This document shows, one piece after another, positions 35,174 through 47,276 of a DNA stretch of 64,000 nt (its first letter is position 1; each line of letters starts with the position of its first letter). The stretch comes from Diplonema japonicum. Lineage: Eukaryota > Protista > Euglenozoa: Diplonemea. Location of the stretch: NCBI GenBank assembly GCA_964019335.1, contig OZ025677.1, forward strand, positions 496,001 to 560,000, read 5' to 3'. The notes beneath the pieces are model-generated. The model was not told where the DNA came from and made no database searches. It worked only from the letters and a program-made list of their open reading frames with translations. A program made the translations under genes and the position numbers.

Positions 35174-36226
35174 TAAGTCCAGCAGAATTTTCGTGTGTGG
35201 GAGTGAAATCAAATTAGGCCCAGGAGTGAAAAAAAAATTCACTATAATAGGAACGAAGTGGTTAGCAACGGCCCACCTCGGTGGCGTGCCTACCTTAAAA
35301 AAATTTTCTTTTTCTGATAGCCGTTAAAATAAGAAATGTTTCACTATGATAGGAACGAAGTGGTTAGCAACGGCCCGCCGCGGTGGCGTGCTTACCTTAT
35401 GATACTCCCCTTTTGGGGTCGTTCGGTGAAAATAAGAATTCACTTTATTTCACTCCTGACTTTATTTTTTTCACGCTCTGGCTTCTAAAAGAAATTATGC
35501 CCAGGAGTGAAAAGATTCTGATACCGTTAAAATAAGAATGATATTATTTTCACTCCTGGGCCTAATTTAAGCAAAACCCTCCAAAAATCCCTACCAAGGT
35601 TGCACAAGAGGCGGACGCAGCAGGGTTCACCCCCTTCCAAGAGCCATACGAAAAGGAGTGGGCACGCTTTTGTGTGTTTCATAATTATAGGAAGGAAAAT
35701 AAGGACCTGTCCGAAAGAAGAGGATTCTATTCTCTATTTCAATGACATGAACAAGCAAGGCCTGCTGCCAGTTCAGTCCGGACGGCTTATTCAAGGCTAA
35801 ACTCGGTTGTGAAGAGGAATTACAACAAGCAGTTGCAAGACCACCCCCGACTAAAGGTCCCCCTCAAGAGGTTCCAAGAAGGATCTTTACCCAAGAGCAA
35901 ATGATGGAATTCTTTGGTATGGCATCGTCCGCCACGCTTATGCAGCGTTGATGTTCGCAAGAAACATGTGCACTGCCGAGGCACATATTTTATCCATGGT
36001 AGTAATTGGTACCACCTGTACCTCCCACACACTCAAAGTTTGCTGTCGTTAAATAAAATATCGTTATTTGCGAATATAAGATTGATGATTTCACTTGTGG
36101 TGGCAGTTTTGACTCGTTAAACGTTATAACACTCGCTTCGCTCGTGATATAAGCGTCATTACTTCACTCGTCAAAACCACTGCCACCACGCGTGAAATCA
36201 TAGGATCTTATATTCACTAAATAAAT

Positions 36227-36230
<4 letters not shown>
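35174..36230 (+). mobile_element. Crypton-like element, family C, with tyrosine-recombinase N-terminal remnant
   Basis: Ends homologous to family A (TAAGTCCAGCAGAATTTT..TGGGAGTGAA; ..TTCACTAAATAAATAGTT); 35596-35915 encodes in broken frames PYEKEWARF / EEDSILYFNDM / SSVRTAYSRLNSVVKRNYNKQLQDHPRLKVPLKRFQEG / IFTQEQMMEFF. Confidence 0.75.
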
Positions 36231-36262
<32 letters not shown>

Positions 36263-37194
36263 GGTTGTACCTTTTTGTTTTATTTCTGTCTGCTCTTTTC
36301 CCCCCCCCTTCTCAATCTCACATAATCTTTTTCGTGAAACAAAGGGAAAACCAGAGAAGGAAAAGAAAAAGAAGAATAAGAAAAAATTCTTTTTTTTTTT
36401 TTTTTTTTTTCTACGAAGAAAACTGAGCAGTACTTGTTTAAAAAAAAAAAAAAAAAAAATTGATCTTTCTAACGTTAAGGTGCCACAAGCCATCAGCGCT
36501 CTGAAGGACATGGAGATTGAGCTTTTTTTGCTTTATTCTTGTTCTCCATTCTCTGAAGGTAGAGAATCTATCAGCTGCGTGTCTTGATCAGGCCCAGAGG
36601 CCTTGCTGCACCTTTTTGAAGAAAAAAAAAAAGGGGGAAAGTAAGAACTGGTATTCGTGGATGCTGTGTGAAAGTTGAAAAAAAGAAATCCTCCTGGCAT
36701 GAAGAAGACACACGAAAAGCGATGCTTAAGGGCAAATCCCACTTGAAGACCACTCTTAAAAAAAAAAAAAAAAAAGAAAGAAAGAATAAGCGAGTTACTA
36801 TTATTCTTTTGTTTACGCGCAATGATTACAAAAACATCTCTCTCTTTTTTTTTTTTTTTTTTAGAGAATATTTATAACCGCAAAAAACCAATATAATTTT
36901 AATAACTACAAAAAAAGCAGTTCTGTTTTTTCAAAATCAAAAAAAAAAAAAAAGAAATATATATAAAAGAAAATTTAAAAAAAAATAGATAACTCAAGGA
37001 GCAAGGAAAACAGATATATGAATGAAAAGTTTTCCAGCTGAGTTGCCCAGTGGCAGCCACACCTAATGAGTTCTTTTTTTTTTTTTCCTTTTTCTTTTTT
37101 TTTTTTTTTGTTTTTCCGTCCTACCCAAATTCTTTCCGGGGTTCTCGATTTTTGTATCTTGGCTCCGCTGAAGCAGGTGCTGGGAAAATGAACA

Positions 37195-37227
<33 letters not shown>

Positions 37228-37229
37228 TT

Positions 37230-37264
<35 letters not shown>

Positions 37265-37805
37265 TTAACAAGTTGAGATAGATTTGTTTTCAAAAGAAAA
37301 AGAAAACAAAAAAAAGAATATCCTTTTACTACACGGTAGCAAAAGGTTGTGGGAGGAGGGGTGGAAAATAGGACACGATGTTTTAAAAAAAAAAAAAAAG
37401 AAAGAAATAAAAGTAAAGAAAGAATCCGGGAAATTACGCGGGGATGCCAAATAAAAAATAAGAAAATAAAAAACGCTTTCCTTTTTTTTTTTTTTTTGCC
37501 TGGCTGCCCTTCCCAATTTATTATTATCCCAGTCCACCCTTGTTTGCATTGGAAAAAGAAAAGAAAAAAAAAAAGGATTGGTGAAAGGACGCTGAATCCT
37601 AGAAAAGTAAATCGTACAAATGCTGAAGGGAGGGAGGTGGGGGTTTTTTTTGTTCCCTTTATCTGGGCAAAAAAAAAAAAAAAAAAAAAATAACCGGGGC
37701 CCTATGTTGCCGACCAATTTAGTGTTTGAAAGTTTTTTTTTTCCTTCAATCTTTTTTTTAATTTTTTAAAAAGGCAATACCCCCCCCCCCTCACTCGAAA
37801 ATATT

Positions 37806-38574
37806 AACTATTTATTTAGTGAAAATAAGATCGTATGATTTTCACGCGTGGTTTAACGAGTGGGTATATGACTTCACGAGCGAAGCGAGTGCAGTCATGA
37901 ATGTCTACTTCACGAGCGAAGCGAGTGAAGTAACATCAACGAGTTAAACATGCCACCACAAGTGAAAATCGGATCTATTTTCACTAAATCCGTTGTTTTA
38001 TTTAACGTCAGTCAGATTTGAAAGGGTGGGGCATTACAGGTTACAAGTTACAAGTTACAAATCTTATTGGGGGTGCTTATGGTTGATATTGATTGTCAAG
38101 GCATATCCTGTGTGGTGCGGGCTGTGCGTCCATGGGTGCTGACAGGACCTCGGTCTGGACCTGTGGGGCTGCTGCCTGGGTTGCTGAGGTTGCCCCACTA
38201 GCAGCTGTCACCGCTGCTGGCTTGCCAAGCCCACCTCTCTCCCCTTCTGTTGAGAGGCGACCAGATCCTTGAGTGACGTAAAAAGTGAGATTCCCAGATT
38301 CGAACCGGGGTTTCCAAAACAAGGGGCTTGTGTGGTAACCACTTAGGTGATTCCTTTTCCGTGTTTTCGCCCCCGACCCCTCGCTGTGCAGTGAAAATTG
38401 GGCAAGCGTGAATATAAAGTACTTTATATTCACTCATATAAAGTACTTTTCATTTCTGCCCCTGTTTTCTTCCTAAAACAAGCCTGAAATCTGCAATGAA
38501 AATAAAGTGAAGCGTGAAATAATGTGAAATATTATATTCACTCCCACCCTTGAAAATCTGACTGGAGTTATATA
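37806..38574 (-). mobile_element. Crypton-like non-autonomous element, family A copy 2
   Basis: Near-identical to 17623-18400 (one short deletion in the palindrome arm, a few substitutions); unrelated flanks. Confidence 0.75.
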
Positions 38575-39328
38575 AAAAAAGAAAAAAACACTCACGAGAG
38601 GCGGAAGGCCTCTCGTCAATTATTATTTTTTTTTTATATTTTCAAGAAAAAAAAAGTGACGTAAAAATAATCATCACTCAATTTGTGAAGTTTCAAAAAT
38701 CTGAATTTCTGTACTTTCTTTTTTGTTTTGCTTTGTTGCTTAGAACTTTCAATCAAGAGAGTCGTGTGCAACGAGGATGGGGTTGGATGGGAAGAGAGGA
38801 GAGTAAGAAAAACACAGGATGTAAAACAAAAACAAAAAAAAGAAAATAAATAAATAAAAAAGAGGGGGAAAGAAACAAGAGAAAAAAAAAAGAAAAAAAA
38901 AAGAGTAGCTTTTTCCAGGTAAGAAAAAAAAAATGAAAAATAACGTGTTCCCCCTCCTCACTCATTCTTCCCGCCTCACCCTTTTTTTTTTTATTTTTTA
39001 TTTTTTCCCCCCCCTCTCCATCATTTTCATTCATCCTTTTTTTTTTTCTTCTTTTTTTTTCTTTCTTCCTTTTGTCCTTTCCCCCCCTTTTGGATTTTGC
39101 TGCAAAATCGAATTAACTTAAAAAACGAGCGGGGGGATAAAGGATGAAAAAAAAAAGAAAAAAAAAAAGAAAGAAAAAGATCAGAAGCACAGTTACCCTA
39201 ATATATTTCAAAAAGTTTCAAAAACCTTATACGCGCTCTCGAAGCCAATAGCCCTTTTTATTTTGTCGGTGTTTTTTCACAACAGGATGACTTGCTGTTG
39301 AGATACGCTGGCCCGATGGGCTCTCTCT

Positions 39329-39343
39329 CCATCAGTAGAGTAA

Positions 39344-39387
<44 letters not shown>

Positions 39388-39391
39388 GTTG
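39329..39391 (-). rRNA. Isolated LSU (28S-type) rRNA fragment, domain V; pseudogene
   Basis: Minus strand reads AACAGGGAACGTGAGCTGGGTTTAGACCGTCGTGAGACAGGTTGGTTTTACTCTACTGATGG, the conserved eukaryotic LSU segment; no other rDNA adjacent. Confidence 0.9.
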
Positions 39392-40226
39392 TCATTTATT
39401 CCGGGAGAGCTAAATTGGAAATATAAAATTTTGGGAAACTGAAAGAGTGGAAAAAATAAAAAATAAAAACTAGCAAGAAAGAGGAAGTAGAAAACAAGTT
39501 ATTTCCTCTTTTTTCTTTTTTTTCTTGGGGAAACTAGGGGGGGGGGGGGGGGGGGGGAATGCCTGTATTCTTTTGTACAAAAAAAAGTGTTTTTTTTTTC
39601 TTCTTCCCTTTCTCTTCATTCCATTTTTTCTTTTTCTACCATTTGCTGACCTGCGACGTATGGGGGGGGGGGGGGGGGGGAATGGTCCCAATATCTTATG
39701 TCATGTACAAGCCCAAGCCTCCCAGAAACTTATTTCTTTTTTTCTTTCTTTGTGGGTGGAGGGAAAGGGGAAAAAAAAATTTTTTTTTCCAAAAGAGAAA
39801 AAAACTTTTCACACCTACCATTTTTTTTTTTAATTTCCCCCCTTCCCCCCCCCCCCCCTTTTTTTCTTTTCTTTTACGCAGAAAAGAAATCTTTCTAATG
39901 GTGATCATTACTACAAAAAAAACAGAACAGAAAAAATATATGTATCCAATTTGCGTTGTAGATCCCCTCCACTGGACTGGAAAAATTCTTTTTTTTCGGC
40001 ATATTAAGGGGGGGGGTGTGAAAAAAGGAAAGAAATTGATACAAGTGCCGAACTGACACGGTGTAAGGTCTCGAAGAAAAGAAAAAGGGGCGGGCGGGCG
40101 GGGGGGGGAAGGTTGTTTTTTTTTTTTTTTTAACAATCTTTTTTTTTCAACTGCAAGGGAATACGGTAGGGGAGGTTACGAATGTAAAAGAACTGCAACC
40201 TAAGTTAAGGCTGAGAGGTAAAAAAA

Positions 40227-40258
<32 letters not shown>

Positions 40259-41590
40259 AGAATTTTTCAAATAAAAACAGTGAGGTTTACCCTCGTTGAG
40301 AGCTTTGTGTTCAAGCTGTTACTCAGAGTAGAGAAAGTCCTTCTTTTCCCCCCTTTTTTTTTCCTTATTTTTTTTCTTTTTTTTTTTTCCTCCCCTTTCT
40401 TTTTTCCACTTGACAGTCATTTTATTTTATTTTTGATTGGTTTTTTTGATTTTTTTCTCCTGAAAAAAAAAAATGCGCAATGTAAGAAATCTGGAAGGGG
40501 GGGGGGGGGGGGGGGTGTGGTGGGAAGGGAGGGGTTTTTTTTTTTTTTAAATGTTTGTCTATTTCTTGTTTGATTAGATATTCTTTTTTATTTTATTTTT
40601 TTTTCTTTTTTTATTTTCCAAAAAAAAAAATGGGCCCAAACCTGAAAAAGGGGGCATACTTATGAGAGGGAGGAGAGGGAGAGGGAGACGAATTTAAAGA
40701 GGGAAAAAAAGAAGGGAAGGGGGAGAACATATTGATAGGGGAAAAGGTGATAGGCACAACCCAGAAAAAATAAAAAAAGAGGGGGCAAATCTACCAAGCC
40801 CTCTCCCCCGTACCCCCCCTATTCTTTTTTCTTTTAAAAAATCTTCTTTTGAGTGTGACAAAAAAAAAAGAGAGAGAAAAAAAAAGAGAAAAAAAAAAAA
40901 GAGGGAAATCCTTTATTTGTTGCCAGGCAGCAACGAAACGAAAGAGCCCCTTTTTCGTTTTTTTTTCTTTTTTTTTTTCCTTTTTTTTTTTCCGGCACCT
41001 GAAGTCAATTGAAGAAACTTTTTCGTTTTTTTTTTGTTGTTGTTTTTTTTTTATTTATTTATTTTAAAATCTTAAAAACCCTTAACCAGACCACGAAGGA
41101 TATGCTCATGTATTTTCCTTTAGAAATGAAAAAAGAAATTCTGGCACGTGATGTGTGGCCTTTCCACTATTTTACAAAAAGTGCTTCTTCCAAACTTTGG
41201 GCCAAAGCCTTTCTGGATCAGTTAATGGTTTAAAAAAAAAAAAAATACCCCAGGTGGAGCAAGAGGCCTAAATATGTCCAAATACTTGGAAACATACCGC
41301 GACCTGAGAAGAAAAAAAATAGAGAGAGAAAAAAAAAGAAATTGAGTTTTAAAAAAAGGAGATTATTTGTAAAACAATGGTGAATGTACGAAAAAAAGTA
41401 CTTATCTAAGATAGCACAGTGGAGGGAGAGAGAGAAAAAAAAAAAAGGAGGAAAACAAAGGGCGGGATAAAGGAGGGAGGTGAAGACATAGAAGTGAAGG
41501 GAATGAGGGGATACCGAGCGATTTTGGTTATTGTTGTATTTACCAAATAACATAAAAATAGATTTGTAAGAAAAAAAAGGAGGAAAGAAA

Positions 41591-41639
<49 letters not shown>

Positions 41640-41879
41640 GTCTTTGAAAAAATAAAATTGGCAGAGAGTTCCTATTTATTTTCTTTTCTGTTTAATAAAT
41701 CTGTTCCGTCGAAGGCTGGGAAAAAAAAAAAAAAAAAAAAAAAAAAAACTGTTCTGGTATGCGTTTTTGCGCTCCACCGGCCGGGAAAAAAAAAAAAAAA
41801 AAAAGGAAAACGTACAAGAAAAAAGGAGAAAAAAGAACGAAGGGTGTATTCAATTAATTTATGTTGTTTTTTGACACAA

Positions 41880-41917
<38 letters not shown>

Positions 41918-42172
41918 TACCTATATATGCACCTCGTGACTCTCACTCTTCATCTTTTTTTTTTTGTTTGTTTGGGCCAGTGCAAATGAGGACCTTTTCT
42001 TCTTTTTCGTTTTTCTTTGCTTGCCAATAAACACTTAGAGCTTTTTCAGCTCCCCTAAAATAACCTTCTTTTTTTTTCTCTTTTTTTTTCTTCCTTTCTT
42101 CTTTTTCTTTTTTATTCGTTCCATCAAACATGAGGGGGAAGAAGAGGGGTAAAAAAAAAAAAAAGAAAAGAA

Positions 42173-42203
<31 letters not shown>

Positions 42204-42717
42204 ATTGTTTTTTTAATTTTTTTTTTTTTTAATTTTCTCATTCCCTCTTGTTTTCCCATCCTCCTCTCCCTTTTTGTTCTTTCTTTTTTTTTTGTTGTAA
42301 TGCAGCGGTATTAGAAGGCTAAGTCCAAACAATGCTAATCTCCCGTTGCTACATGGCAATCTTGTTAGAGGGGCAAATAATTTCCCACTCAGATCACAGT
42401 TTTTTTTTTCCTTTTTTTTTTCCCGTCTGGAAAGATTTTTTCGTGCTTCATGATTAGCTCTCAGCGGGGGGGGGGGGGGGGGCAAATAGGGGGAAGAAGA
42501 AATAGGAAAAAGAAAAGTGATCAGCTTCTACCTTGGCCCATGCCCGCGTTCTTCTTTTAATAATAAGTGCAAACCAAAAACACTTTTTTTCTTCTTGCTT
42601 TCTTTCTTCATTAGCTAGGCTGTGCAAGTTGTGGGCACAAAGGAAAACACAGACCAGGAGTTGAATCCGTGGGGCCTGAATCATGTTGGTTTGTGGTGCC
42701 CTTTCCCCGTTTTCTTT

Positions 42718-42753
<36 letters not shown>

Positions 42754-43016
42754 AAATTCTTCTTTCTTTTGTTATTCATCCCCATAAGGTTGTTTTTTAA
42801 AAAAAAAAAAAAGAAGAAAGAAAAAGGGGGATAGAGAAATTTCCATTTCATTCCGGAGTGCGACTTTTTAAAAAAAAAAAAAAAAAAAAACAAATAAAAA
42901 AAATAAAAAAAGAAAAAAACCCTATTATTATAGATAAACAAAAACAGACCAAAATAGAACCGAAGGGGCAGGGTGAGGAAACTGGAAAAAAAAAAAAGGG
43001 AGAAAATAGAGAAGTA

Positions 43017-43047
<31 letters not shown>

Positions 43048-44475
43048 AAACCCAAATGAAAAGAGGGGGGCACACCCTAGGCTATTTCTCTCCCATAAAA
43101 GTCCTGCAGCGCTTAAGGGGTAAAGAGAAGGTGATATAATTTTTTGTTTTTCATATGAGCTCGTCCGGGAGGGGAAAAAAAAAAAAAAAAAAAAAAAAAA
43201 GCCCAAAATTTGTACGTAAAAAAGTGGTATAGGGTGTACCACTTTGTGGCGGCCTGACAATCTAAATCTTTTCACTCTTGGCAAAACAAGCATCTATTGA
43301 AAGAACGGCCATATCGCCCGCATGTGTCATCTTCCTATGGTTGCATGCGGCCCCCTTTTTTTTTCCCCCCCTCCCGGAACGAGCTTATATATTCCCCCCC
43401 CCTTTTTTTCTTTTTTTTTTTTCCCATTTGGTGACGGTTTTGCGTGTTGCTGCTTTTTTTTTTGTTTTTGTGGCCATTCGTTCAGAAAAAAAATGAGGGG
43501 GGGGGGGCGGGTGAGTGGGGTGGGAGGAAATAATAAAAAAAAAAAAAATCAGATTTCACCTGATTTTCCACAGTCAGTGAAATTCAGATAGGGCCTGCAG
43601 CATCGAACCCTTTGTGGACAAGTCAAAGTCTCCAGTAGTAGCTCTACAAGGTCAGAACTTCGCTTCGGGACAACCACAGGCAGTCATTTCCAACCCACCC
43701 AAGGCTGGTATCCTTTTCTTTTTTTTTTTCTTGTGTTTTGTTTGAAGTTTTTTTTTTTTAGGATACCGGTTTTCTTTTTATGTAAAAAAAAGCCTTGATT
43801 CTTTTTTTTTTTTTTTTTTCTTCTCTTTTCGGCTTTTTCGGGAGATATGTTATCCCCTCCTCCCCCTCCTCTTACTGGCAAAAGTTATTTTGGAACTGTT
43901 GTCGCTTCTGCGGAACCCCTTAGTTGTGTGCAGGGGACAGACATAAGAGTTAATAAAAGATTTTTATAAAAAAAAAAAAAAGGGGGAATAATCGAAAAAG
44001 TGACTTCAAGAAAATCAAAGGCCATCGTACCGCGGTCTTTAAATAAATACCTTTTTTTAGCAAAATCCTTTGAAGATCCAAAAAAAAAAAAAAAAAAAAA
44101 AAAATCCAAGAGATTTAAGGTGGACGTGGTGGTGAGTCTCGGCAAGTCGCCTATGCACAACCCCTCTGCAGCGGTCTGCCGTCAGGCCTATTTAAAGCAC
44201 GGTAGTTATTTCTTTTGCATAAAAATATAACAAAAAAAAATCCGTTTGTAGTCTTATTTTTCTACTTTTTTTTTTTCTTCTTCTTTTTATTTTTGATTTT
44301 TTTTTTTATTTTTTTTCTTTCCTCCATTCACATTTTTTCATGTGTTCATTTAATTAAAAATGCTCATGTAAATGCCTCCTGTGTGTCAAATATGCTATTC
44401 TTACTTTTTTTTTTTTTTTTTTTTTTTTTCCCCTTCCTCTTTTTTTTCTTCATCTCTTCTATCTTTATTTTTTCT

Positions 44476-44506
<31 letters not shown>

Positions 44507-45001
44507 GGAGCTTCAAATTGAAGCTCCAACGATTCGGCAGTAGCACTCTAACAAAAGGACCCCTTTAGGTATTTTCCTTTCCTAAAGAAGAAAAGGCAAG
44601 TTTGCCCAGGGGAGCAAAAGCTTAAGTTGATGCATTGATCCGGGGGGGGGTTTTTCCTTCAAAAAAAAAAGAAAGAAAGCAAGAGAGAGAAAAGAAAAAA
44701 AAAAGTAGGAACAAAAAAAAAAAAAAAAAAAAAGAGAAAAAACAACAGAAAAAAAAAAATGTATAAAAAAAAAAATGGGACGGGGAAAGTGGGTGGGGGG
44801 GGGGGAGAAAAAAAAATGAGAGGGGACCAAGGAGGAGAGAGCGAGGAATAAAAAAAAAAAATAAAAAAAAGAATTTCCCCCCCTCATCTCTTCCTTGTCT
44901 GAGGACGGTAACGAAACGCCCCGGTCCAAATAAAAAAAAAAAAAATTGCCCTTTGTTTTTTTTCCCCCCCCTTTTTTTTTCCCCCTTTTTTTTTCCCCAC
45001 C

Positions 45002-45778
45002 TCACGAAAGTTCCAGGGTGCTAGCGGTGTTGTTGTAAGGGTCGTGTCTGTACGAGAAGTTGGACGCAAGCGACTGCACAGAACGGGCATGGGTCTTGGC
45101 CAACTCATCAGAATCCTCCTCGGACTCCTGGTAAGAGATAGGCGAAGCACACTTCCTGAAACAATCATTCTCAGGAAGTGTGTCGATTGAAGAACCAGTC
45201 TTCGTGGGTGCCATCCCATACACCTCAAGCAGTGACAGCAGATCGCCGTCCTTGTTGGCAGTGAACTGATGAGCTCTTGCAACGGGTGTTAGGACAGAGG
45301 GTCCATGCCTCTCAATTCTCTCTTTAAGGTTCTTCTTTCGGAAGTTCAAGTGGAGGCTCATGCAATCATCTGTACAGATTCCAGTTTTCGCGAAAACTTC
45401 GCACCTCCACTGCCTGACGCGCCCGACGCTGGCTCTTACTTTCTTCTCGCAGTTTCTGCATCGGATTGTCATTTCACCTCTCATAACCCTTACGTTGTCG
45501 AAAGAGCTCCCTCTGCAGCAGGGAGGGATCATAGGGTAGTCCTGTTCTTCCCTAGTCATATCAACCTGTAGTTCAGTAACGCCGCCGGGGACACCTTTCT
45601 TGTCCTGGAACACCCTTCTGTCTGCCTTGATGATCAGCTCTTTGGAAGCCACTCCGTACTCTCTGCCCAGAAGCTCCTTCAGACCCGCCACGAGGATCCC
45701 GGGCTTCACAACTATCTTTGTGGTCGACAGGCTGCATCCCTCACAGGGGCGTATGAGGATGTTCTGCAGAATAGACAT
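45002..45778 (-). CDS. Hypothetical protein with ubiquitin-like N-terminus and Cys/His zinc-binding region, 258 aa
   Basis: VAGLKELLGREYGV...ELII (Ubl-like); CC..SFDNVRVMRG...RCRNC...C...C...C..LH (Zn ribbon + CCCH-like). Confidence 0.85.
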   Translation of the reverse strand: MSILQNILIRPCEGCSLSTTKIVVKPGILVAGLKELLGREYGVASKELIIKADRRVFQDKKGVPGGVTELQVDMTREEQDYPMIPPCCRGSSFDNVRVMRGEMTIRCRNCEKKVRASVGRVRQWRCEVFAKTGICTDDCMSLHLNFRKKNLKERIERHGPSVLTPVARAHQFTANKDGDLLSLLEVYGMAPTKTGSSIDTLPENDCFRKCASPISYQESEEDSDELAKTHARSVQSLASNFSYRHDPYNNTASTLELS

Positions 45779-46162
45779 ATTTTTTTTTGTGTGTTGTTGT
45801 TGTTGTTGCTTTTTATTATTATTATTTAGACTGGGGGAAAAAAGGGGGGGGGGTTTGATGGAATAATGAAAGAGTTCAGAGGGTGGTTCTTCTTCGATTC
45901 TTTGTAATTTTGAGCGGAAAGAGGGTGGGGGGGGGGGGGGGGGGGGGAGACGTTTACATGATTTCCAAGGTCATTTTCCTTTTTTTTTTTTTTTTTTTTT
46001 TTTTTGTAACTCACTCCATGCCAAAAAAAAAAAAAAAAAAAAAGTACGTTTTTTTTTTTTTCTTTCTTTTTCTTTTTTTTAAATTTGTACCAGCATTTTT
46101 TTTATACTCTGTGGGAGAAAAAAAATGAAAAGAGAAAAAAAGAATACGGGCAAAAAAAGTTG

Positions 46163-46605
46163 TCTCGATTTTAGTGGTGCCATGCAGTATGTGACACAGC
46201 GGCCACCCTTGTGAAACTTCGCCCCGAAGCCTCCCAAGTCCCCTGTGGTCCCGTAGAAAGTAAAAGTGGAGAGGTAAAGAAAGCTTGGAAATTGAAATAG
46301 GGAGAGGGGCCACAGAAGCAATTAAACACCAACTGGAGAGTTGTGGGAGGCTTGCTTCACTGGCACGATGCCGCGGGGAGGCTACTTGCCTGACCTGGTG
46401 AAGCCACCTCCTTGTTCGATGTAATGGGATAAGGGACTCTCCGTTGAGGGCGATGCTAACTGGCGCCACGCGTAGGGTGGGCTCTCCACCCCCGTCCAGG
46501 TTTCCCCACGTGTACGGCTTTAGAACGAGAGTTTCCCTTTCGCTTGTGTTTCTCCAAACCACAATTACCAGGAACCACCACAGGGAGGTTGGAAACATTG
46601 GTCCC
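46163..46605 (-). mobile_element. Degenerate 3' fragment of a related non-LTR element
   Basis: FPTSLWWFLVIVVWRNT resembles FPHVIRWLSALHWGTT; carries GCAGTATGTGACA as in the 24441 3' end; A runs on both sides. Confidence 0.55.
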
Positions 46606-47235
46606 CAAAAAAAAAAAAAAATTGTTGCATTTTGGTTTTTCCTTTTTTGCGTGTGAGCCGTGCAGGCTCCTCTAAAACGGTGAAGACGAGGGTTCGTAAA
46701 AAGATGAAAGTGAGAAACATGGAAAAAAAAAAAGGGATGTAGTACCATTGGTCAGCTACTGTCTACTCCGATAAGCCTACACTGTAAAAGGAACTATTGC
46801 CGTTGTTTCTTGCGTGCTGGGGTAAAAATCTGGAGAAGTTTGAAAACCCGTAAACACCTAGCCAACGTTATGTTCCCTTTTGTTTTGACAAGTCAAAAGA
46901 CTCGTTCTTGTAAAAAAAAAAAAGGGGGAGGGGTAACCTTTCATCAACAATAGAAAAAAAGCGTTTTTATGTGTAAAACCGAAAAAAAGATTCTCCTCCG
47001 AGGAGTACGAAAAAAAAAAAAAAAAAAAAGCAAAAAATAGGTGTCTTTTTCATAGTAGAGGTGGCTATTCTTTTTTTTTTTTCTTTCGGCTACACCGCAA
47101 ACCCAGGACACCCTGACCCTTTTTTTTTTTTTTTTCCAGGTGAGAAAGAATTGTGAGTGAGAAAAAAAAAAAAACCTTGCATACAGTATGCATCTTTAGC
47201 GGGCCGCTTTCTAACGAGTGATGCTATTTCACCCG

Positions 47236-47276
<41 letters not shown>

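Noticed and set aside
43545-43715. Candidate exon in the gene desert
   Set aside because: Stop codons in all three minus-strand frames.
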